64,000 nt of DNA from the NCBI GenBank assembly GCA_043779265.1, contig JAYWEM010000001.1, positions 1 through 64,000 on the forward strand. Reading direction: 5' to 3'. The position numbers were made by a program, and so were the translations under genes. The stretch is from a bacterium. Lineage in GTDB: Bacteria > Eisenbacteria > RBG-16-71-46. Under the pieces are notes generated by a model. The model was not told the origin of the DNA and did no database searches. It saw nothing but the letters and a program-made list of their open reading frames with translations. Positions 9,620-19,737 of the stretch are shown here, piece by piece (position 1 is the first letter of the stretch; every line of letters begins with the position of its first letter).

Positions 9620-10642
9620 ATGCCCGAGCTTCGCAAGGACCCCGTGATCGGTCGCTGGGTCATCATCTCCACCGAACGCAGTCGCCGCCCCAGCGCCTAT
9701 GGCGCCGATCTCCGGACTCCTGCTGACACCTTCTCGCCGTTCACGTCGGGCCGCGAGGGCATGACGCCCCCCGAGATCTACGCGGTGCGCCCGGCAGGCG
9801 GCGCACCCAACACGCCCGGTTGGACGGTGCGCGTGGTGCCCAACAAGTTCCCCGCGCTCGAGATCGAGGGCACGCTCGATCGCCGCGGCGAGGGGCTGTA
9901 CGACAAGATGAACGGCGTCGGTGCGCACGAAGTCGTCATCGAGGGCCCCGACCCCGACCAGCAGCTCGCCGACCAGCCGGTCGAGCGCATCCAGCAGGTG
10001 CTGATCGCCTGGTGCGAGCGCATGCGCGACCTGCGCAAGGATCCCCGCCTCCGTTACGCCCAGGTGTTCAAGAACCACGGCGCCGGTGCCGGAGCGACGC
10101 TGCATCACTCGCACAGTCAGATCATCGCGACTCCGATCATCCCGCGCATGGTGCAGGAAGAGCTCGACGGCGCTCGCCGCTACTATGAGTTGAAGGAACG
10201 CTGCGTCTTCGCCGACATCCTCGATCAGGAGATGGCCGAGGAGAACGGCAAGCGCATCATCTCGACGACGGCGCGATTCGTCGCGCTGGCACCGTTCGCG
10301 CCGCGCTTCCCGTTCGAGACCTGGATCCTGCCGCGGCAACGTCGCGCGTCGTATCACATGATCTCCGACCCCGACGAGTTCCTCGATCTGGCGCGTATCC
10401 TCAAGGACACGTTGCAGCGTCTGGACGCCGCCCTGGATCGTCCGCCCTACAACCTCGTGCTGCACACCGCGCCGCTCTCGGATGACGATTTGCCGTATTT
10501 CCATTGGCACCTCGAGATCATGCCCAAGCTGACGCGCGTGGCCGGATTCGAGATCGGGTCGGGCTTCTACATCAATCCGACGCCTCCCGAGGACGCGGCT
10601 CAGTTCCTGCGTAGCATCGAGGTGGCTTCCGCGACAGGATGA
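9620..10642 (+). CDS. galT: Galactose-1-phosphate uridylyltransferase-like (GalT family)
   Basis: MPELRKDP, VRVVPNKFPAL, FKNHG..AGA.L.HSHSQ catalytic HxHxQ, FHWHLEI. Confidence 0.9.
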   Translation: MPELRKDPVIGRWVIISTERSRRPSAYGADLRTPADTFSPFTSGREGMTPPEIYAVRPAGGAPNTPGWTVRVVPNKFPALEIEGTLDRRGEGLYDKMNGVGAHEVVIEGPDPDQQLADQPVERIQQVLIAWCERMRDLRKDPRLRYAQVFKNHGAGAGATLHHSHSQIIATPIIPRMVQEELDGARRYYELKERCVFADILDQEMAEENGKRIISTTARFVALAPFAPRFPFETWILPRQRRASYHMISDPDEFLDLARILKDTLQRLDAALDRPPYNLVLHTAPLSDDDLPYFHWHLEIMPKLTRVAGFEIGSGFYINPTPPEDAAQFLRSIEVASATG

Positions 10643-10649
10643 GTCACCG

Positions 10650-12179
10650 GTGACCGCACGTTCGATCGTCCACCTCGCCAGCGAGATGGCGCCGCTCGCG
10701 AAAGTGGGCGGCCTCGGGGACGTCGTCGCCGCGCTGGCTCGCGAGCAAGTGCGGCGAGGGCATCGCGTGCTCGTGGTGCTGCCGCGCTACCGCGACCTCG
10801 CGCTGCCCGCGAGCTGGAAGGTGAGCGAACTCGGCACGACTCGCGTCCCCTGGGGCGTCGGGCAGGAGCCGGTGCGATTCCAGATCGCCGAGGACGACGC
10901 GAGCGAACTACGCGTGCTCACGATCGAGCACACGGGAGATCGACGCTTCTTCCAGCGAGCCGGGATCTACGATGATCCGGTGACGCGTGAGGGCTACCCG
11001 GACAATGCCGAGCGATTCCTGTTCTTCTCGAGAGCCGCCGTCGAGGCCCTGAAGGGATTCGGCGAGCACTTCGATGTCGTGCACGCGCACGACCAGCAGA
11101 CCGCATGGGTGCCGTGCTTCCTGCGCACGCACGAGAACGACGAGAACGCGTTCGACGGCACGGCCACGGTGTTCACCATCCACAATCTCGGCTACCAGGG
11201 CGTGGTCGATCCGTGGGTGCTCGGACTCGCCGGCTTCTCGCGTGAGGTGTTCTATCCGCAGAGCCCATTCGAGTACCACGGCCGCGTCAACTTCATGAAG
11301 GTCGGCATCCTGTTCGCCGACCTGATCAGCACCGTGAGTCCCACCTACGCGCTCGAGATCCAGTCGAGCGGCGAGTTCGGGTTCGGCCTCGAGGGCGTGT
11401 TGCGTCGTCGCACCGGTGATGTGCGCGGCATCCTGAACGGCATCGACGACGAAGTGTGGGATCCGGCGCGCGACCGCTTCATCGACGCTCATTACGACCG
11501 CGATCGCCTCTTGGGCAAACGCGCCTGCCGTCAGGCGTTGGCGCTCGCCTGCGGATTCCCGCTCGATCCCGACTGGCCGATCATCGGAATGGTGACGCGA
11601 CTGGTCGAACAGAAGGGGCTCGATCTGATCGAGCAGGCCGAGCAGGCGCTGTGCGCGCTTCCCGCGCGCTTCGTCGTGCTCGGGGTGGGGCAGCCGCGTT
11701 ACATGCAGTTCCTCCGCCGGCTCGCCGACGAGCGCCCGTGGCAGTGGCACTTCGAGACGGCGCACGATGAGGCCCTGGCGCATCGCATCGAAGCGGGCTC
11801 CGACCTCTTCCTCATGCCGTCGCGCTACGAACCGTGCGGGCTGAACCAGCTGTACTCGCTGCGCTACGGCACGGTGCCGGTCGCGCGCGCCACCGGCGGC
11901 CTCGCCGACACGGTGCGCGAGTTCGACCCGGTCTCGCGAGAGGGCAACGGTTTCGTCTTCCACGGCTATGCCGCCGACGAGATGGTGATGGCCCTGCGGC
12001 GAGCGCTCGCGGTGCACGCCGAGACCGATCTGTGGCGGGCGCTGCAGCGCCACGGCATGGAGCGCGACTCGAGCTGGCGTTCAGCGGCGAATCACTACGA
12101 TCGCCTGTACGACGAGGCCGTCGATCGCGTCGCGAAGGGACGTGTGCCGACGCTCGAGTCGGTGCGCGACACGTTCTAG
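10650..12179 (+). CDS. glgA: Glycogen synthase
   Basis: SEMAPLAKVGGLGDV, FTIHNLGYQG, MPSRYEPCGLNQLYSLRYGT, TGGLADTV. Confidence 0.95.
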   Translation: MTARSIVHLASEMAPLAKVGGLGDVVAALAREQVRRGHRVLVVLPRYRDLALPASWKVSELGTTRVPWGVGQEPVRFQIAEDDASELRVLTIEHTGDRRFFQRAGIYDDPVTREGYPDNAERFLFFSRAAVEALKGFGEHFDVVHAHDQQTAWVPCFLRTHENDENAFDGTATVFTIHNLGYQGVVDPWVLGLAGFSREVFYPQSPFEYHGRVNFMKVGILFADLISTVSPTYALEIQSSGEFGFGLEGVLRRRTGDVRGILNGIDDEVWDPARDRFIDAHYDRDRLLGKRACRQALALACGFPLDPDWPIIGMVTRLVEQKGLDLIEQAEQALCALPARFVVLGVGQPRYMQFLRRLADERPWQWHFETAHDEALAHRIEAGSDLFLMPSRYEPCGLNQLYSLRYGTVPVARATGGLADTVREFDPVSREGNGFVFHGYAADEMVMALRRALAVHAETDLWRALQRHGMERDSSWRSAANHYDRLYDEAVDRVAKGRVPTLESVRDTF

Positions 12180-12182
12180 GCC

Positions 12183-13364
12183 GTGGACCCCCAGATCTGG
12201 CAGCAGCGCCCGCTGTGGGCGATCGCGAGTCTGGCGCCGGTGCTGTTGGGAGTGGTCTGGATGGCGCTTGCGCGCGAACTCCCGCCTCTGGCCAGGCGAC
12301 CGGCACTGCTGGGCTGGCTGACGTGGACCGCCACGCGTGTCGGCTTCGCTGCACTCGTCTGGGGCGTATTCGGACACTCGGGGATCGATCAGAACGCCTT
12401 CTTCCTGCCGCAGGCTCGGCACGCGCTGGCGGGGGAGTTGCCCTATCGCGATTTCGCGAGCGCCTATGCGCCACTTTTCGCCCCGCTCCTCGCGCTGGCA
12501 CTGCGGCTCGTGGGCGAGGCCGGCCCGTTCATGCTGTTCCTGCTCGCCGACCTGATCGCGTGGCGGGCGATCTCGGCCGCCGAGGGCGAGACGAGCGAGG
12601 CGAGCTGGGCCTATGTCGCGACGCCGCTGACCTGGTACTTCACCGTGCGCTACGGCCAGGATGAGGCGCTCGCAGCGGCGTTCCTGGCGCTCGCGTGGTG
12701 GGCGTTGCGTCGCGGCCGAGGCGGTGTGGCGGGGCTCGTGCTCGGGGCCGGACTCGTCTTCACCAAGCCGCTCTTCGCGCTTCCCGCTCTGGTGCTAGTG
12801 ATCGCCGCGGCTCCCCGCGCCCGCATCGCGCTCATCGCGTGGGCGACCGCATTGAGCGGAGCGGTCTATGGCGCGTTCGTGATGGCGGGCGCCGATGTGC
12901 TGCAACCGCTGCGCCTCGAGGGCGCCAGCTTCGGCGTCGGCCCGACGCTGTGGCGGGTCCCCGTCACGCTGTTCGGCTGGGATGCCGGGCCGATCGGCTG
13001 GTTGCCGTTCGGGCTGCTGGCTCTTGTCGGCATCGTGTTGCTCGCGAAGCGCCACCGTGACGCAGCGGCTCAGGGCGTCTGGCAATACGGAGCGTTCGCG
13101 GCGCTCGCGCCCAAGTGCATGCCGATGTACGTGGCGATGTGGGCACCGCTGCTGGCGGTCTGGGCCGGTCGGGACGCGGATGCCCGCGGTTGGTGGATCG
13201 TTTACGGCGCGCTTCTGCCGCTCGCCTGGGCGCTCGACTCGGGCCCGCTGCAGGGGATGTTCGGCCCGATGTGGCAGGCGACCGCGGTGCTCGGGTTGAC
13301 CGGGATCGCGGCACTCGCACTGTGGCCGCTCGTGCACGAAGCCTCGTCGCGCACCGCAGCCTGA
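12183..13364 (+). CDS. Polytopic membrane protein, possible GT-C (GT87-like) glycosyltransferase
   Basis: Many hydrophobic helices; GELPYRDF..YAP, GQDE and conserved K (FTKP) resemble GT-C enzymes. Confidence 0.6.
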   Translation: MDPQIWQQRPLWAIASLAPVLLGVVWMALARELPPLARRPALLGWLTWTATRVGFAALVWGVFGHSGIDQNAFFLPQARHALAGELPYRDFASAYAPLFAPLLALALRLVGEAGPFMLFLLADLIAWRAISAAEGETSEASWAYVATPLTWYFTVRYGQDEALAAAFLALAWWALRRGRGGVAGLVLGAGLVFTKPLFALPALVLVIAAAPRARIALIAWATALSGAVYGAFVMAGADVLQPLRLEGASFGVGPTLWRVPVTLFGWDAGPIGWLPFGLLALVGIVLLAKRHRDAAAQGVWQYGAFAALAPKCMPMYVAMWAPLLAVWAGRDADARGWWIVYGALLPLAWALDSGPLQGMFGPMWQATAVLGLTGIAALALWPLVHEASSRTAA

Positions 13365-13382
13365 CCCGGCGCGCCACTCGCT

Positions 13383-14588
13383 TCAGTCGGTCTCGAGGAA
13401 GGCGGCGTGCAGCGCCCGCGTGGCGTCCTCACAGCGATCGCCCGGCACGCGCAGGATCATTGCCGAGGGAGCGGTGCGAAGCGCCAGCATCGCGACGCCG
13501 GCCTTCTCCAGCGCTCGCACCGCGCGCGTCGCCTCGGGCGAGCCGAGCCCGAGACCGATCAGCGAGACGAACGCCGCGCCATGTTCGACCCTGATCGTCC
13601 ATTCGCCGCCGGGCCCACGGATCTCGCGGAAGCGCGTCTTCAGCTCCTCGCCGTCCTCGCGGCTGCCGGTCCACACGAGCGCGCCATGCGTCGGCGTGAC
13701 CTGCTCGTGCGCCACCAGGTGCAGCGCGGGGAAGGCCTCGTGCACGCTCTCGACGATGCCGCGCGATTCAGCGACGCCGCCGGCGTTGCCCTCGGCCACC
13801 ACCACGCAGACGTCGGATTGGTGCGCGACGGCCTCGACTCTCGGTTGCTCCATGGTCTCCTCCACGATCTCGGTACCCGGATGGTCGTTGAATGCGCTCC
13901 GGACGGCCAGCGGCACGCGTTCGCGAGCCGCCAGATCGACGCAGCGCGCGTGCAGGACGCGGCCACCCAGGCGAGCGAGTGCAGCACAGGCCGCGAAGGA
14001 TAGGCGCGGGATGACGCGGGCCGCCGGGACGACGGCGGGATCGGCGGTGAACACGCCATCGACATCGGTGTGGATCTCGCAGCGCGCAGGCGCCAGGGCG
14101 GCCGCGAGCGCCACCGCCGTGGTGTCCGAGCCGCCTCGGCCGAGCGTGGTGATCTCCTTGCTGACCGGGCTGACCCCCTGGAAGCCGGCGACGATCACCA
14201 CCTTGCCGCGCTCGAGTGCCGCGCGGATCCTCTCCGGCCGCACCTCGATGATCCGCGCATGCGAGTGCGAGTCGTCGGTCAGGATGCCGCTCTGCGATCC
14301 GGTGAACGAGATCGCCTCGACCGAGAGGTCGTGCAGCGCCATCGCCGTCAGCGCCATCGACACACGCTCGCCGGTCGAGATCAGCATGTCCAGTTCGCGC
14401 CGGGACGGCGAGGGCGAGACCTGTCTGGCCAGCGCGATCAGGTCGTCGGTGGTATCGCCCATGGCCGAGACCACAACCACGATCGAGTGGCCGGCGGCGC
14501 GGGCATCGGCGATGCGGCGGGCGACGGCGCGGATGCGATCGGGACCGTTGACCGAGGTGCCGCCGAACTTCTGGACGAGAGTGGCCAT
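13383..14588 (-). CDS. lysC: Aspartate kinase
   Basis: [50 protein letters not shown]. Confidence 0.95.
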   Translation of the reverse strand: MATLVQKFGGTSVNGPDRIRAVARRIADARAAGHSIVVVVSAMGDTTDDLIALARQVSPSPSRRELDMLISTGERVSMALTAMALHDLSVEAISFTGSQSGILTDDSHSHARIIEVRPERIRAALERGKVVIVAGFQGVSPVSKEITTLGRGGSDTTAVALAAALAPARCEIHTDVDGVFTADPAVVPAARVIPRLSFAACAALARLGGRVLHARCVDLAARERVPLAVRSAFNDHPGTEIVEETMEQPRVEAVAHQSDVCVVVAEGNAGGVAESRGIVESVHEAFPALHLVAHEQVTPTHGALVWTGSREDGEELKTRFREIRGPGGEWTIRVEHGAAFVSLIGLGLGSPEATRAVRALEKAGVAMLALRTAPSAMILRVPGDRCEDATRALHAAFLETD

Positions 14589-14649
14589 GGGGCGCCTTTG
14601 TACACGCTTCGCGCCGCCGGCGCACGTTCGGCGCCTCTCGGTCCGCTGC

Positions 14650-14679
14650 TTGACGCACCCGCGGCCGGCCGACTACATT
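14650..14679 (+). promoter_or_regulatory. sigma70-like promoter for tRNA-Gly
   Basis: TTGACG-N18-TACATT about 20 nt upstream of the tRNA. Confidence 0.55.
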
Positions 14680-14698
14680 CCTCGCCGCTTTCCTGTAT

Positions 14699-14775
14699 GC
14701 GGAAGTAGCTCAGCCCGGTAGAGCATCACCTTGCCAAGGTGAGGGTCGGGGGTTCGAATCCCCTCTTCCGCTCCA
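14699..14775 (+). tRNA. tRNA-Gly (anticodon GCC)
   Basis: GCGGAAG/CTTCCGC acceptor stem, TCACC-TTGCCAA-GGTGA anticodon arm, GGTTCGAATCC T-loop, encoded CCA. Confidence 0.97.
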
Positions 14776-14835
14776 TAATGTGCGGGGTCGGCCCTCCAGT
14801 CGGCCCCGTGCCTTTTTCCCCAAGCGGAGCTCTTC

Positions 14836-15405
14836 ATGGCCCTGCCGCCCGGAGCCGATCGCGCCGCCATCGCCCGAGCCGTCGAGGGCTTGCTGGCCGC
14901 TTGTGGGCTGTCCGCCGCTGACGAGCCCCACCTCGCGCGCACACCCGAACGGGTCGCCGGCCTCTATGCCGAGGTGCTGGCGGGGCATGACCCGGCCACC
15001 GAGCCCGAACTCGCAACCTTCCCGCACGCGGGCGAGGGTGATCTGGTGCTGCTGCGCGACGTGACGTTCCACTCGATCTGCGTCCACCACCTGGTGCCGT
15101 TCTTCGGGCGGGCGCTGATCGCCTACCTGCCGGGCGATCGCATCATCGGACTCTCCGGGATGGCGCGACTGCTCGAACGCTATGCCCGCCGGGTTCAGCT
15201 CCAGGAGCGGCTGGGGCAGCAAGTGGCCGAACATCTCGAGCGTTTGGTCGCACCGCGCGGACTCGCCGTGATCCTCGAGGCGAGGCATCTCTGCATGGAG
15301 ATGCGCGGCATTCGCAAGGCCGGCCTCGTCGAGACGCGGATCGTCCGGGGGGAACTCGCCGAGCCGCGCTGGGCGGAGTCACTTCGCCTCTCGCGCGAGG
15401 GCTGA
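14836..15405 (+). CDS. folE: GTP cyclohydrolase I
   Basis: TPERVA, SICVHHLVPFFG, IIGLSGMAR, QLQERL, HLCMEMRG. Confidence 0.92.
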   Translation: MALPPGADRAAIARAVEGLLAACGLSAADEPHLARTPERVAGLYAEVLAGHDPATEPELATFPHAGEGDLVLLRDVTFHSICVHHLVPFFGRALIAYLPGDRIIGLSGMARLLERYARRVQLQERLGQQVAEHLERLVAPRGLAVILEARHLCMEMRGIRKAGLVETRIVRGELAEPRWAESLRLSREG

Positions 15406-15415
15406 AGTCCACTGC

Positions 15416-16177
15416 ATGAGAGCCGCCCGCGTCAGTGCGATCATCGTGACGTGCGATCGGCCCACCCTCTTGGCGGACGCGCTTCGCTCGGTGGCGGCGC
15501 AGAGCCTGCGGCCGATCGAGGTCCGGTTGGCCGACGACGGCGATGTCCCCGCGCTCGACTCCCTGTCCGACCTGCCCCTGCTCGAACTGACGGCGTGCCT
15601 CGTTCGCGCCGGGCAGGCCGCGGCCGCACGCAACGAGGCTGCGAGCGGGGCGAGCGGCGACGTGCTGGCATTCCTCGATGACGACGATCGCTGGCGCCCG
15701 GATCATCTGGCGGGGCTCGTCCCGGCGTTCGAGGACCCCGAGGTCGGGCTCGCGTGGCGCGACAGCGTCGTGATCCGCGAGCGCATCGACGAGGACGGGA
15801 GCCGCAACGAGATCGAGCGCGCCACGATCGCGCGCGACTGGGATGATGCGCTCATGCGCACCGATGACTACCTGCCGCCTTCGAGCTTCGCCATCCGGCG
15901 CAGCGTGTTCGAGTCGCTCGGAGGATTCGACACCTCGTTTCGCTATAGCGAGGACTGGGACCTCGTGCTGCGCGTCGCGGCCGTCTCCCGCGTGCGGCGC
16001 ATGCCGGGCGTGGGCGCGGAGGTGCGCCTGAGAGAACAGGGCAACGCCTCCGCCACGAGAGATGCCGAGCGTCTCGACTGTCTGGCGCGTCTCTCGGCAC
16101 GGCATGGCCTTCCGACGCTCTCGCCCAAGACGTTCTGGGAGGTGGCGCAGGCCGTGGCCAAGGCGCCGCCCGCATGA
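15416..16177 (+). CDS. Glycosyltransferase family 2
   Basis: VSAIIVT, ARN, FLDDDD.W, GGFD, EDWDLVLR. Confidence 0.88.
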   Translation: MRAARVSAIIVTCDRPTLLADALRSVAAQSLRPIEVRLADDGDVPALDSLSDLPLLELTACLVRAGQAAAARNEAASGASGDVLAFLDDDDRWRPDHLAGLVPAFEDPEVGLAWRDSVVIRERIDEDGSRNEIERATIARDWDDALMRTDDYLPPSSFAIRRSVFESLGGFDTSFRYSEDWDLVLRVAAVSRVRRMPGVGAEVRLREQGNASATRDAERLDCLARLSARHGLPTLSPKTFWEVAQAVAKAPPA

Positions 16178-17100
16178 TCCGGCCCGAGCTGGCGATCATC
16201 GGTGCCGGCCCCGCAGGCGTCTCGGCCGCGCTCTGGGCGCGCGGTCTGTCGCTCAGCGCCCGGCTGATCGAACGAGGCGATGGCCCGGGCGGCCAACTGC
16301 ACATGGTGCACTTCCGTCCGCGCGACGTGGCGGGTGTGATGGGTGTGGATGGTCCCGGACTCGCTCGACGCTACCGCGAGCAGTTGGAGGAAGCGGGTGT
16401 CGATGTGACCTGCGGCGCATCCGCCGTCTCGCTCGAACCGGCGGCGGACGCGACCTCGCTGCCGGCGGTCCGCCTCTCCGATGGCACACGTCTCGAGTCC
16501 GCGGCCGTGCTCATCGCGACCGGAGCCAGGAGGCGACGGCTCGATGCGGTGGGTGCCGAAGCGTACCGGGGGCGCGGGGTCTCGTATTCGGCGACGCGCG
16601 ATCGCGCGCTTCTCGCCGGGCGCGATGTGACGGTGGTGGGCGGGGGGGATGCGGCGTTCGAGAATGCGCTCAATCTCGCGGCGCTCGGTTGCTCGGTGCG
16701 GATCCTCTCGAGAGGCGTTCCTCGCGCCCGCCCGGATTTCCGCAGCCGCGTCGCCTCGGAGCCGAGCATCCAAGTCGAGGAGGGCGTGCGTGTGCTGGAG
16801 GTCTCGGGCAGCGGCCGCGTCGAGCGGCTGCGGATCGCGGACCCTCGGGGCGAGCGCGAGATCGCATGCGAGGCGCTGGTGGTCAAGATCGGCGTCATCC
16901 CCAACAGCGAATGGTGCCGAGAGGCAGTGGCCGTGAATGCGACGGGCACCATCCGGATCGACGCACGGTTCGCCACCTCGGCCGAGCGCATCTGGGCGGC
17001 GGGCGACGTGGCGGGGCCGCTCCTGCCCAGCATCCCGGTGGCGATGGCGCAGGGCGCCCAGGCGGTCGCCGTGATCCGTGAGAGGCTCCACGGTCACTGA
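16174..17100 (+). CDS. Thioredoxin-reductase-like FAD/NAD(P)H oxidoreductase lacking CxxC
   Basis: IIGAGPAG, IATGA, VVGGGDAA, WAAGDV; GVSYSATRD at the site of GVSxCxxCD. Confidence 0.85.
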   Translation: MIRPELAIIGAGPAGVSAALWARGLSLSARLIERGDGPGGQLHMVHFRPRDVAGVMGVDGPGLARRYREQLEEAGVDVTCGASAVSLEPAADATSLPAVRLSDGTRLESAAVLIATGARRRRLDAVGAEAYRGRGVSYSATRDRALLAGRDVTVVGGGDAAFENALNLAALGCSVRILSRGVPRARPDFRSRVASEPSIQVEEGVRVLEVSGSGRVERLRIADPRGEREIACEALVVKIGVIPNSEWCREAVAVNATGTIRIDARFATSAERIWAAGDVAGPLLPSIPVAMAQGAQAVAVIRERLHGH

Positions 17101-17258
17101 GTGTCGGCGCGCGAGCGTCGCCTCATCCCTTATCCCGGATGACGTTCGATCTGGCGTTGCGCCCGCCCCCGCGAACGTGCAGGGCAGTCGCGATCGGGCC
17201 GATGACCCAAGTGGCCCCGGCCACTCCACCGACCTGTCCGCACCCGCCCGGGAGAAGC

Positions 17259-18248
17259 ATGGCGCAAGCCGCATCCATCCCCCCGAACTTCACGCCATCG
17301 CTCGCGCTCATCCGCGTGTGCGGGGTTCTGCTCGTGGCCGCTCCGTTCACAGCCGCGGCGATGGGAGGCCCTGCAGCGATCTGGGTCGCAACGGCGATGA
17401 CGGGCTCGCTGCTGCTCCTGGCGTTCGTGCTCGCCGGTCGTGAGCGATCGAACGCCTCGAGATGGTGCTCTTCGGTCGACCGCCTCGTGTTCGCCGGCAT
17501 CGCGTTGAGCGTGCTGCAGGTGATCGACCGCAACGGCTCCGTGGAATCCTCGGCGTGGTTGCGGCAGATCCTCGCGTGCGGGCTCGGATTCTATTCACTG
17601 CTCGCCTTGGCGCGGCGGACGCCCGGTGCGAGTGACGCCCTGTGGGGTGTCTTCGGGCTCGCCTCGTTCGGATTGGGGCTGCATGCGATGTGGGCGAGCA
17701 CCGGCGGGCTCGATCGACTCGTCGCGTGGTCAGCGGAAGCCGATCGAGCGTGGGCGAGTCAGTTCGGACTCGGCAAGGTGATGCTCGTCACGACGCTCAT
17801 GACGGCCGGCCGCGCGCGCGAACCGGGTGCCAGCGCGGCTTGGCGTGTGGCAGTACTGGCCGGAGGACTCGGCACTCTGCTGCATGCCTCGGTCGGGGGG
17901 CTGGGCCTGGGCTCCCAGGCGCTCGCACTGCTCGAACAACCGCTCTATTTCAGCGTCACGATCGTGGCGCTGCTGCTCATCGCCTCCTTGGCGAAGCGGG
18001 CCTGGACGTTGCGTCGAGAGCGCCACCAGGAGGCCTGGAGATGGCGCGGACTGGGCCTCGCGTTCATGGCGGTCGGCGCGATCGCGGCATTGGGTGGCGC
18101 CTCGGGTGGCGAGTCGCTGCGCATCCTCGTCACGCTGGCCGCGGTCACCACGCTCGTCGCGGCCGAGGAGCCAGTGGCCGAGGCGGCCGCATCGATCGCG
18201 TCGCTCGAGTCGCCCACCGCGAACCCGGAGCAGCGCCGGGCCGCCTGA
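17259..18248 (+). CDS. Hypothetical integral membrane protein
   Basis: Many hydrophobic segments; GGAG before ATG 17259 (ORF open from 17139). Confidence 0.6.
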   Translation: MAQAASIPPNFTPSLALIRVCGVLLVAAPFTAAAMGGPAAIWVATAMTGSLLLLAFVLAGRERSNASRWCSSVDRLVFAGIALSVLQVIDRNGSVESSAWLRQILACGLGFYSLLALARRTPGASDALWGVFGLASFGLGLHAMWASTGGLDRLVAWSAEADRAWASQFGLGKVMLVTTLMTAGRAREPGASAAWRVAVLAGGLGTLLHASVGGLGLGSQALALLEQPLYFSVTIVALLLIASLAKRAWTLRRERHQEAWRWRGLGLAFMAVGAIAALGGASGGESLRILVTLAAVTTLVAAEEPVAEAAASIASLESPTANPEQRRAA

Positions 18249-18261
18249 TCGGGCATGCGAA

Positions 18262-18290
18262 CGGGGCGACGCCTCGTCGGCATCGCCCCG
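18262..18290. terminator. Hairpin between convergent genes
   Basis: CGGGGCGA...TCGCCCCG inverted repeat. Confidence 0.45.
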
Positions 18291-18312
18291 CTGCGATTCG
18301 TACGGTTCTCGC

Positions 18313-19188
18313 CTAGCCGCGCTTGACCGGCAGCACCGCCTTGTCGTCGAGCCCGAGCACGTTGAGGAAGTCCGAGTTGGCCGGAACGACGAACTTGGTC
18401 TGCTGCGCCAGCACGTCGCGCAGCACGTCGAGCCGCTTGCTGACCTCGGCGCGTTCCTGGAAGTGCTTCTCGGCGGCGTTCGAGACCAGCTCGATCGCCG
18501 TCGCCTCGGCCGTGGCGCGCAGCACCTTGGCCTGCGCTTCGCCCTCGGCCCGCAGGATTTCGGACTGCTTGACGCCCTCGGACTGCAGGATCTGCGACTG
18601 CTTGAAACCCTCGGCCTCCAGGATCGAGGCGCGCTTGTCGCGTTCGGCCTTCATCTGGCGCGACATCGCCTCGGTGATGTCGGCGGGCGGATCGATCTTC
18701 TGCACTTCGACACGTGTGATCCTGACACCCCAGCCGTTGGTGGCCTCATCGAGCACCAGGCGCAGGTTCGAGTTGATCAGGTCACGGGCCGTGAGTGTCT
18801 CATCGAGCGCCTTGTCGCCGATCAGGTTACGCAGGTTCGTCTGCGCCAGTGTGGTGGCCGCGTACGCGAAGTCCTGCACCTCGAACGTGGACTTCACCGG
18901 ATCACTGATGCGGTAGTAGATGACCGCATCGACGGTGACCGAGACGTTGTCCTTGGTGATCACCTTCTGGGGCTCGACGTTGATGACACGCTCGCGCATG
19001 TCCACTTTGATCATGTCCTCGATGACCGGCACCAGGAACGTCAGACCGGAATCCACCGTGTTGCGATAGCGCCCGAGTCGCAGCACCAGGCCCTTCTCGT
19101 ACTGGGCCACGATACGGGCGGAACGCGCCAATGAGACCAGCGCGATGAAGATGAGCAGCATCATCAGAACGGACAGCAGACCTTCCAT
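18313..19188 (-). CDS. SPFH/stomatin (band 7) family protein, QmcA-like
   Basis: [41 protein letters not shown]. Confidence 0.92.
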   Translation of the reverse strand: MEGLLSVLMMLLIFIALVSLARSARIVAQYEKGLVLRLGRYRNTVDSGLTFLVPVIEDMIKVDMRERVINVEPQKVITKDNVSVTVDAVIYYRISDPVKSTFEVQDFAYAATTLAQTNLRNLIGDKALDETLTARDLINSNLRLVLDEATNGWGVRITRVEVQKIDPPADITEAMSRQMKAERDKRASILEAEGFKQSQILQSEGVKQSEILRAEGEAQAKVLRATAEATAIELVSNAAEKHFQERAEVSKRLDVLRDVLAQQTKFVVPANSDFLNVLGLDDKAVLPVKRG

Positions 19189-19191
19189 GGA

Positions 19192-19635
19192 TCACCTCAC
19201 CTGAAGCGTGACGCCGTCGACACCGGCAATGGAGACCACCACCCCGGGTTCGAACGGACCTTTGGCGTCGGGCGCTGGCGTCGCACGCCACACCTCGTCG
19301 CCGACTTTGACCATTCCCGCCTCATGCTCGCCGATACGGGCCTCGACCATCGCCTGGCGGCCGATCAGGGCGTCCATGTTGCTCGCCGTGTGCTCCGCGG
19401 GCCTCAGATGGTCCCGGAGGTATCGCCGACCGATGACGATGTAGGCGACACAGAGCGCAGCCGTCGTGAGACCGCCGACGACCGGATTGCCCACCAGCAG
19501 GCCGACCGCGCCTCCGGCGACGAATGTGGAACCGACCAGCACGAGATCGAATCCGGCGAAGCCGCCGAGCATCACCTCGAGCAGGATCATGACCGCACCG
19601 AGGATGACCAGTGCCCATCCCCAATCGAAATCCAT
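19192..19635 (-). CDS. NfeD-family membrane protein
   Basis: Hydrophobic N-terminus; LIGRQA...GMVKVGDEVWRA; adjacent to SPFH gene. Confidence 0.88.
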   Translation of the reverse strand: MDFDWGWALVILGAVMILLEVMLGGFAGFDLVLVGSTFVAGGAVGLLVGNPVVGGLTTAALCVAYIVIGRRYLRDHLRPAEHTASNMDALIGRQAMVEARIGEHEAGMVKVGDEVWRATPAPDAKGPFEPGVVVSIAGVDGVTLQVR

Positions 19636-19710
19636 GGCTGCCTCCTGCCGCGGGGGAGAGACCGCAGCGGGGCGACTCTATCAGTCGTGGGCGCAGGCAC
19701 AACCGGGGGC

Positions 19711-19737
19711 TCAAGCTCCGGCGGGAGCCGCCGAGAC
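19711..19737 (+). promoter_or_regulatory. sigma28 (FliA)-like promoter of STAS gene
   Basis: TCAAG-N14-GCCGAGAC. Confidence 0.65.

Noticed and set aside
8402..10510. Long antisense/alternate-frame ORFs (702 aa here; also 30022-31980, 32005-33573, 43703-45361, 48543-50177, 52870-54363)
   Set aside because: Shadow ORFs opposite well-supported genes; expected from stop-codon scarcity in high-GC DNA and without recognisable motifs
14699..14835. tRNA-Gly as an integration site for an island
   Set aside because: No integrase and no duplicated tRNA 3' end noticed; downstream genes look like housekeeping genes
16580..16605. Selenocysteine recoding in the TrxB-like active site
   Set aside because: Codons at the CxxC positions are TCG and CGC; there is no in-frame TGA
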